Shown here one piece after another: positions 58,427 to 64,000 of a DNA stretch of 64,000 nt (its first letter is position 1; each line of letters starts with the position of its first letter). The stretch spans positions 248,001 through 312,000 of IMG/VR virus record IMGVR_UViG_3300031951_000001; one strand, written 5' to 3'. The notes beneath the pieces are model-generated. The model had not been told where the DNA came from. It searched no databases and worked only from the letters and a program-made list of their open reading frames with translations. The position numbers and the translations under genes are program-made.

Positions 58427-59839
58427 ATGAGACAAAAACTTAACGAAACCTATATTAATAGTTTGGTTGAAAAAATTATCAACGAAACTATCCATGAAAA
58501 GGCTGAACAAATCGAAAATATGTTGATGGGTAAGGAGACTGAAGAAGGTAATGCCTTTACAGCAGCTCTCGCTAAAACTAAAAAAGGAGAAAAATTTAAG
58601 GTAGGTGATAATACATTTACCGATACTTCGGATTATAATGAAGGTGAATTGGGTGAGGGTGAAAGTGTTTGTGAACAATGTGGTGCTAAAGGTCCTATCA
58701 TGGAAGGAAACATGTGTGAACAGTGTTCAATGAAAGAAGGTGTTTACGAGGAAGAAGATATGGATGTAATGGATATGGAAGATGATGAGGATGAACAAAA
58801 CAAAGAGTTTTGTCAATATCAAAAAAGTAAAATCGATAGTGAAGACGATGAAGATGTTAGAAATGATATGGTTCAGAGATATGAAGAAAAATGCTCTAGC
58901 ATGGAAAAGAGCATGAAAGACTTAGCTCGCAGACCAATTAACATGAATGAAAAATTAGTAGGAGGACAAAAAAGGTTAGATAAAAACAATAATGGAAGAC
59001 TTGACTCTGAAGATTTTAAAATGTTGAGAAAAAGTAAAAAAAGTGGTGGCGAAACTAAGGAAATTTGGGGAGCTTTGGCAGGTGCTGCTGAAGCGGCTTT
59101 ACCTTATGTGGCTCCGGCGGCAACTGATTGGGCTTTAGACAAAATGTTTGGTGAAAATGTCGAGAAAAAAAATACAATAACAATGACCGAAGGAGAACTA
59201 ATTAACTTCATTGAAAAAATTATCAAAGAAGAAAAATTGAAAGCAACTACTAAACATAAAGGATTAGCGACTTATGAAAAAGCTCACAAAGGTTCAGGTA
59301 AAGAGAACGAAGATTATCTAAAGAGTGTCACTAAAAAAATGAAAGACTATTTAAAAGATGGTTCTAAAGGGGATTATGAAACTGAACCTGACTTTTTCCC
59401 AAAAGGAAATGGTGAATTGGGTGATATGAAAAAGAAGGCTTATATACCTTCAGACGCGGTTCAAGACTATGTAGATAATCTTACTGCCGCTGGTCAAGAA
59501 AACCTTGATTATGATGAAATACATCCTAATGAAGATTGGGTAAGTGATAACATTGAGGGGTCATCAAGAACAGGTAATAATCCTGAATGGGCAAATACTG
59601 GTAAATCTGATGTTAATAAAAAGAGAAACGAGATACGTGAGAAGAATATGTTGGCAAAGATTAAGAGAAAGGCTTACAATAAAGCACCACAACCTGTTGT
59701 TACCGATGAGACTGGCGATACAGGTACTGGTAAGTTAATGATGAAGCTAGAATCTGAAAACGAGAAGACAACTCAAAAATTGAATGAAGAATTTGATAGA
59801 ATGAAACAACTTCTCGGTTACAGTCAAAAAACACAATAA
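58427..59839 (+). CDS. Acidic putative head-internal/scaffold-like protein with CxxC pairs and a Ca-binding-like loop
   Basis: TATTTAT upstream; CEQC x2; LDKNNNGRLDSEDF; repeated LVEKIINE / FIEKIIKEE / LNEEFDRMKQLL motifs. Confidence 0.55.
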   Translation: MRQKLNETYINSLVEKIINETIHEKAEQIENMLMGKETEEGNAFTAALAKTKKGEKFKVGDNTFTDTSDYNEGELGEGESVCEQCGAKGPIMEGNMCEQCSMKEGVYEEEDMDVMDMEDDEDEQNKEFCQYQKSKIDSEDDEDVRNDMVQRYEEKCSSMEKSMKDLARRPINMNEKLVGGQKRLDKNNNGRLDSEDFKMLRKSKKSGGETKEIWGALAGAAEAALPYVAPAATDWALDKMFGENVEKKNTITMTEGELINFIEKIIKEEKLKATTKHKGLATYEKAHKGSGKENEDYLKSVTKKMKDYLKDGSKGDYETEPDFFPKGNGELGDMKKKAYIPSDAVQDYVDNLTAAGQENLDYDEIHPNEDWVSDNIEGSSRTGNNPEWANTGKSDVNKKRNEIREKNMLAKIKRKAYNKAPQPVVTDETGDTGTGKLMMKLESENEKTTQKLNEEFDRMKQLLGYSQKTQ

Positions 59840-59867
59840 TATACAATTAAATATTATTTCTTATTAT

Positions 59868-59900
59868 TTCTCCATAAGGTTTCTTATGGAGAATTTTTTT
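59868..59900 (+). terminator. Intrinsic terminator overlapping the next start codon
   Basis: 11-bp stem TTCTCCATAAG/CTTATGGAGAA, GTTT loop, T7 tail. Confidence 0.7.
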
Positions 59901-60353
59901 AATTATGTGACCAAACCGATAAGTCCTGAGGATGTTGATGTATGGTTCAGAAGTAATAATATGATTGTAGAAAAAATTGAATTGTATCACGATTTTACTC
60001 GTTCTTTATATGATTTGATGATGGACACCTATTTTGGTCATGACAGTAAAAGTAATGAAACCAAAATAACCATGTCAGATGAGGACAATGAGAAACATTT
60101 TAACTGGTGTTGGAGTAAAGTGATTAATAACTTCGAAAAAGAGAGTATTGTATTTGAAGAAACTGGAGAACACTATGACTACTTCAAGTCATTTTTCGAT
60201 GAGATATTTTATGAACAAAAAGAAAGTATAATTAGAGAGTCTGTTGGGGATTTTTTCACAGAATTATTTGACATCAACAAAGGGTTTACAAAGTCAGATT
60301 TAGACATGGTTACATCAATATATAGGGCGTTAGAAAAAAATATTAAAATATAA
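59886..60353 (+). CDS. Hypothetical protein
   Basis: 155-aa ORF, MENFFNYVTKP. Confidence 0.65.
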   Translation: MENFFNYVTKPISPEDVDVWFRSNNMIVEKIELYHDFTRSLYDLMMDTYFGHDSKSNETKITMSDEDNEKHFNWCWSKVINNFEKESIVFEETGEHYDYFKSFFDEIFYEQKESIIRESVGDFFTELFDINKGFTKSDLDMVTSIYRALEKNIKI

Positions 60354-60428
60354 AAAATCCTTTTTTTATTTACATCTAGCACAAAAAAATTAATTTTACT
60401 CTATAATAAATCATTAAAAATTGTAACG

Positions 60429-60611
60429 ATGGATACACTAGAACAAATCAAGTCCCTCACAGAAGAATTGTCTGTTGATGCGACTAAATTTTTCAAGGGT
60501 AATAAGAGTGCCGGTACTAGAGCTAGAAAGTCAGCTCAAGAATTGAAAGCTCTTTTACAAACTTTGAGAAACGAAATTTTGGACGAAAGAAAAAAAACTG
60601 AGGATGCTTAA
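60429..60611 (+). CDS. Histone H1-like (Hc1 family) small DNA-binding protein
   Basis: KGNKSAGTRARKSAQELK matches the Hc1 / Bacteroidota histone-H1-like core KGNKAAGxRARK. Confidence 0.75.
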   Translation: MDTLEQIKSLTEELSVDATKFFKGNKSAGTRARKSAQELKALLQTLRNEILDERKKTEDA

Positions 60612-60792
60612 TTTTGAATCTTTATTTTTATTTTGTTTTATATTTTCAGTTTTAAATGTTCTACGAACATGTTTTAGGTTAATAAGTGCCCTGCTACAGG
60701 CAAACCCACAACAGTTTGTTCTCGGTAGTAGGGAGCTTATTATCCTCGGTATCAGTATTTCATATGCCTTAACATACATAATAAAGGGTTAA
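60604..60792 (+). CDS. Small two-TM membrane protein
   Basis: 62 aa with two hydrophobic segments; overlaps the upstream stop. Confidence 0.55.
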   Translation: MLNFESLFLFCFIFSVLNVLRTCFRLISALLQANPQQFVLGSRELIILGISISYALTYIIKG

Positions 60793-60794
60793 TC

Positions 60795-61226
60795 ATGAGT
60801 TTATATAAAGAATTTTCAACATTATTTCCATATCTTCAGTCAGTTAGAAAACTACAAAACTTTTTAAGTTTTGATGTGATGTTTTCTACAACATGGAAAT
60901 TACCAAAAAAATATGTGGACGAAGAAAAAGTCATGGAACAAGAGTCCAAGACTGCTAATATGAGATTGTTTTCTTTTGTTTCAGAAATTGACGAACAATC
61001 AATTGAAAAAGTATCAACAAACATTCAGAGTATAATAAATTATAATTTAGAGAGAGAAGAGAAAGACCAACTTTTTCAAGAAAAAGTAAATGAGCTTAAA
61101 ACATTATTTGAAAAACAATCTCTAAAGAATTTAAAGCAACTCAAATTTGAGTTCAAACAAACTAAAATAGAATTGGAGGATAATGTAGATGAAATCCGAG
61201 AAAGCGCTAAATTGGTTTCAGAGTGA
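60795..61226 (+). CDS. Hypothetical protein
   Basis: 143-aa ORF in the operon. Confidence 0.6.
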   Translation: MSLYKEFSTLFPYLQSVRKLQNFLSFDVMFSTTWKLPKKYVDEEKVMEQESKTANMRLFSFVSEIDEQSIEKVSTNIQSIINYNLEREEKDQLFQEKVNELKTLFEKQSLKNLKQLKFEFKQTKIELEDNVDEIRESAKLVSE

Positions 61227-61371
61227 AGTTGAAAAAGATAAAGTTGATTTAGAAAGAGAAAAATTAAACTTTATCAATTCAATTAAAACAAAAAATAAAG
61301 AAGAAATTATACCACAACCACCCAAAAAACTTAATCTATGGCAGAGAATAATGAAGGTGTTAATAGGATGA
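61189..61371 (+). CDS. Small hypothetical protein
   Basis: 60-aa ORF bridging its neighbours. Confidence 0.5.
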   Translation: MKSEKALNWFQSEVEKDKVDLEREKLNFINSIKTKNKEEIIPQPPKKLNLWQRIMKVLIG

Positions 61372-61589
61372 TGGAGAAGTTCGCTTTACTTGCGGACGCC
61401 ATGGAAAATATATATCCCCAAGGTAGAGGAGTTGTGGTGTTTGAGTTGAATGAAGATGATTTCAATCTAACTCAAAAAGAAATGCTAATACCTACGAATG
61501 TAAGTTCCCAATTCAAAGTTGATATTTCAGGGACTGAATTCATTTTTTTGAAACGTGAGTTGTTGAATGACGAAACAGATACGATTTAG
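61338..61589 (+). CDS. Small hypothetical protein (true start may be 61368)
   Basis: 83-aa ORF; MMEKF at 61368 overlaps the upstream stop. Confidence 0.5.
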   Translation: MAENNEGVNRMMEKFALLADAMENIYPQGRGVVVFELNEDDFNLTQKEMLIPTNVSSQFKVDISGTEFIFLKRELLNDETDTI

Positions 61590-62196
61590 GGAAACCTTTT
61601 TCTTCTAATATCTTATATAGATATTTTCTTTGTATAGTTGAATGGTCTTTGACAAAAATAGTATCGTTTCTTTTTTCTAATAGAAAGTGATTGTAAAGAG
61701 AGTCTATAAACCTAGATGAATCTTCAATAGTCTTTAGAGTAAATAACTTATAATCGTCATCATTTTGTATCACAATTTTATTATTTATTGATGACACCAT
61801 AGACATACGGTTCTTTGGTAAATAAGTTGAGATAAGTTGTTCTAACGATATCTTCTCACCTGTGGAGTAATCTAAAACTTTATCAGGTATTTTGTAGTTA
61901 TCTATTTTGATAATCTCGTATTTGTCATCTTCAAGAGTGACTTTACTCTGTCTCCCAAATTCGTCTTTTGTGTATAATGGAATTTGTTTATTATCATTTA
62001 GTTTTATTATTGCCAGTTCGTAATTACATGGCGACCCATTCTCAAAAGATTTCTCAAAAATAACCTTATTACTTTCTTTAATCATAGTTTCAAACACAGA
62101 AACAGTTTTTTTGTGGGTCTGAAACTTGTTGATTATTTTCTTTTTTACTTTATTTTTGAAAAGAACAATCTGATAATTAAAATTGGTTTTTTCCAT
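61540..62196 (-). CDS. Hypothetical protein
   Basis: 218-aa ORF with TATTTTTG 2 nt upstream of the ATG on the - strand. Confidence 0.65.
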   Translation of the reverse strand: MEKTNFNYQIVLFKNKVKKKIINKFQTHKKTVSVFETMIKESNKVIFEKSFENGSPCNYELAIIKLNDNKQIPLYTKDEFGRQSKVTLEDDKYEIIKIDNYKIPDKVLDYSTGEKISLEQLISTYLPKNRMSMVSSINNKIVIQNDDDYKLFTLKTIEDSSRFIDSLYNHFLLEKRNDTIFVKDHSTIQRKYLYKILEEKGFPKSYLFRHSTTHVSKK

Positions 62197-62221
62197 AACA
62201 AAAATATAATAGAATAAAAAA

Positions 62222-63145
62222 ATGAGTGTAGAAAGTTTTTACGATATTTTGGGTGTAACTGAAACCGCAACACAAGATGAGATTAAAAAGGCTTATAAGA
62301 AGAAAGCAGTTGAGCATCATCCTGATAAAGGTGGGAATGAAGACGTGTTCAAAAAAGTTTCCGAGGCGTATGATACATTAGGAGATGAAGGGAAACGTAG
62401 AAACTACGATAGTCAAAAGAATAATCCATTTGGTCAAACAGGATTTAATCCGTTTGATGACTTCTTTAATGGCGCTTTTGGACAACAGTTTAATCAAAGA
62501 CGAGCTGTCCCCGATAAGATTATAGACGTTACAATCGGGGCAATAGAATCTTTTCTTTCAAGGGATAAGTCAATTACATATTCTAGACGTACAGAATGTC
62601 CTACTTGTCATGGACAAGGTGGTGATAGAATTAACTGTAATCAATGTGCTGGACAAGGATTTACAACCACAAGGGTTGGTAATGGAATGTTTATTCAAAT
62701 GGTTAGACAAACTTGTGGTAGTTGCCAAGGACAAGGATTCACATATAGGACCAGATGTGGAGGATGTAATGGTGAATGTACAATAGCTTCATTAGAAACA
62801 ATCAATGTAAAACTACCTCACGGGGTCGATGACGGACAGTTCTTCAAATTACAAGGAAGTGGTGATTATATCAATGGTATGTATGGAAATCTTGTAATGA
62901 GAGTTAGAATTGTTGCTGAAAATAACTTTGAAAAGGCTGGTAATGATTTGGTGTATAATGCGTTTTTTAATTTAGAAGAATTACAAAAAGATTCATTCAA
63001 CATACCTCACCCTGATGGTAATATAGAAATAAAGGTTCCTACAGAATTTGATACGTCAAAACCCCTTCGAGTTAAATCGAAAGGGTTTAATACTAACGGA
63101 GTTGGGGATTTGTTTATTAAACTTTTTGTTAAGTTTAAAAAATAG
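62222..63145 (+). CDS. dnaJ: DnaJ co-chaperone
   Basis: J domain with HPD, short G/F region, four CxxCxGx repeats, and C-terminal domain (GDLFIKLFV). Confidence 0.92.
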   Translation: MSVESFYDILGVTETATQDEIKKAYKKKAVEHHPDKGGNEDVFKKVSEAYDTLGDEGKRRNYDSQKNNPFGQTGFNPFDDFFNGAFGQQFNQRRAVPDKIIDVTIGAIESFLSRDKSITYSRRTECPTCHGQGGDRINCNQCAGQGFTTTRVGNGMFIQMVRQTCGSCQGQGFTYRTRCGGCNGECTIASLETINVKLPHGVDDGQFFKLQGSGDYINGMYGNLVMRVRIVAENNFEKAGNDLVYNAFFNLEELQKDSFNIPHPDGNIEIKVPTEFDTSKPLRVKSKGFNTNGVGDLFIKLFVKFKK

Positions 63146-63299
63146 AGATAATGTCCTTCACTAATGATACCATTCCGTAGAATGCGAAGAATATTATTGA
63201 CACGGCAATAATTGCCCCAACTTTTTCCTTTTTTGAAAACTCAAATTCTGGAAATTTTTTCTTACCACAACTTGAACAACCTTTTTTCTTTTCTTCCAT
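63135..63299 (-). CDS. 54-aa membrane peptide with CxxC (not in the ORF track)
   Basis: My translation: MEEKKKGCSSCGKKKFPEFEFSKKEKVGAIIAVSIIFFAFYGMVSLVKDIISIF*; TATTTATT 17 nt upstream on the - strand. Confidence 0.65.
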   Translation of the reverse strand: MEEKKKGCSSCGKKKFPEFEFSKKEKVGAIIAVSIIFFAFYGMVSLVKDIISIF

Positions 63300-63349
63300 A
63301 TTATTTTTTTAGTAATAATAAATAAAGGAATAAATTTTTCAATTCAAAA

Positions 63350-63381
63350 TTTGCTTTTTTAAGGTTTATTGATTATGTTTG
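63350..63381 (+). promoter_or_regulatory. Bacteroidota housekeeping-type promoter (-33/-7)
   Basis: TTTG (63350-53), 20-nt spacer, TATGTTTG (63374-81). Confidence 0.7.
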
Positions 63382-63385
63382 TACC

Positions 63386-64000
63386 ATGTTAAGCTATATA
63401 GGAGGTAAATCAAAGATAGGTAAATGGATAGTTCCATATTACCCAAAGGACATGGAAACATATGTTGAAACATTCGGAGGAATGTTTTGGTGTTTCTTTA
63501 ATATGGATTTGAAACAATACCCAAATCTCAAACGGGTTGTTTACAATGACTTCAATCCACTAAATTACAATTTGTTCATGTGTCTTCAACAACCTGAATT
63601 ATTATTGTCTGCGGTAAATTCAATACCGTGCCAGCAACAAGGAGTTGAAGTTACACCGGCAATATATAAAGAACAGTTTAACGAGTTTCAACAAGAAATA
63701 TTTGGGGATGGTTTTACAATCAACTATCCTGACTATGATGTCGCGGCAAAATACTCATACGTTCTTACACAAGTGTTCAGTGGTTCTAAACCTGAAACAA
63801 GTTCGTTTATTGATTTAAAGGGTAAGTACAAATCAAAGTATCTTACGTTCAGAGACAAGTTATCTAAACCTGATTGGGTAGAACATTTTAACAGGATAAG
63901 TCATTTTAGATTGGGTGACTTTGAGAATGTTATTAAGGAGTTTGATAGCTCTACAACTTATTTTTATCTTGACCCACCGTATTGGAAAACCGAAAATTAC
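63386..64000 (+). CDS. dam: D12-class N6-adenine DNA methyltransferase (Dam-like), truncated by the window edge
   Basis: MLSYIGGKSK, YVETFGG, VYNDFN and YLDPPY read in one frame from ATG 63386 to the window end. Confidence 0.88.
   Translation, partial: MLSYIGGKSKIGKWIVPYYPKDMETYVETFGGMFWCFFNMDLKQYPNLKRVVYNDFNPLNYNLFMCLQQPELLLSAVNSIPCQQQGVEVTPAIYKEQFNEFQQEIFGDGFTINYPDYDVAAKYSYVLTQVFSGSKPETSSFIDLKGKYKSKYLTFRDKLSKPDWVEHFNRISHFRLGDFENVIKEFDSSTTYFYLDPPYWKTENY

Noticed and set aside
1-64000. Stop-codon reassignment, as seen in some large phages
   Set aside because: Genes up to 11 kb are intact under the standard code, and TAG and TGA terminate genes at sensible boundaries.
1-64000. tRNA, rRNA, structured ncRNA, introns, inteins, homing endonucleases, transposases
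   Set aside because: Intergenic gaps are under 90 nt with no cloverleaf, and I saw no LAGLIDADG, HNH, GIY-YIG, intein or DDE transposase motifs by eye; tRNAscan or Infernal would be needed to exclude them formally.

Overview
A 64-kb piece of a large, AT-rich, T4-like/jumbo contractile-tailed phage genome. It uses the standard genetic code and is densely coding, mostly on the + strand. The host is most likely Bacteroidota: there are TTTG-N19/20-TAnnTTTG promoters, A-rich leaders mostly lacking Shine-Dalgarno sites, a Bacteroidota-type primary sigma factor, SprB-like repeats and a DUF6576-like C-terminus. Layout: (1) 55-24051, baseplate and tail structural cluster (gp25-like, gp6/J-like, gp7/I-like, SprB-repeat proteins); (2) 24055-27340, a small DNA-metabolism island (RuvC-like, lytic transglycosylase, PD-(D/E)XK nuclease, ParB-like, primase); (3) 27427-48361, an array of modular Cys-rich, Thr/Pro-linker (mucin-like) surface proteins up to 3782 aa plus two paralogous fibre-like genes; (4) 48408-54098, gp47/gp46 (SbcD/SbcC-like) and a sigma70 factor; (5) 54160-59839, putative lysis/envelope genes and putative head-internal proteins, including an apparent -1 frameshift at C CCA AAG; (6) 59886-64000, small genes, an Hc1-like protein, DnaJ and a truncated Dam-like methylase. 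I saw no tRNA, CRISPR array, transposase or DGR. All family assignments are from motif recognition by eye, not from database searches.
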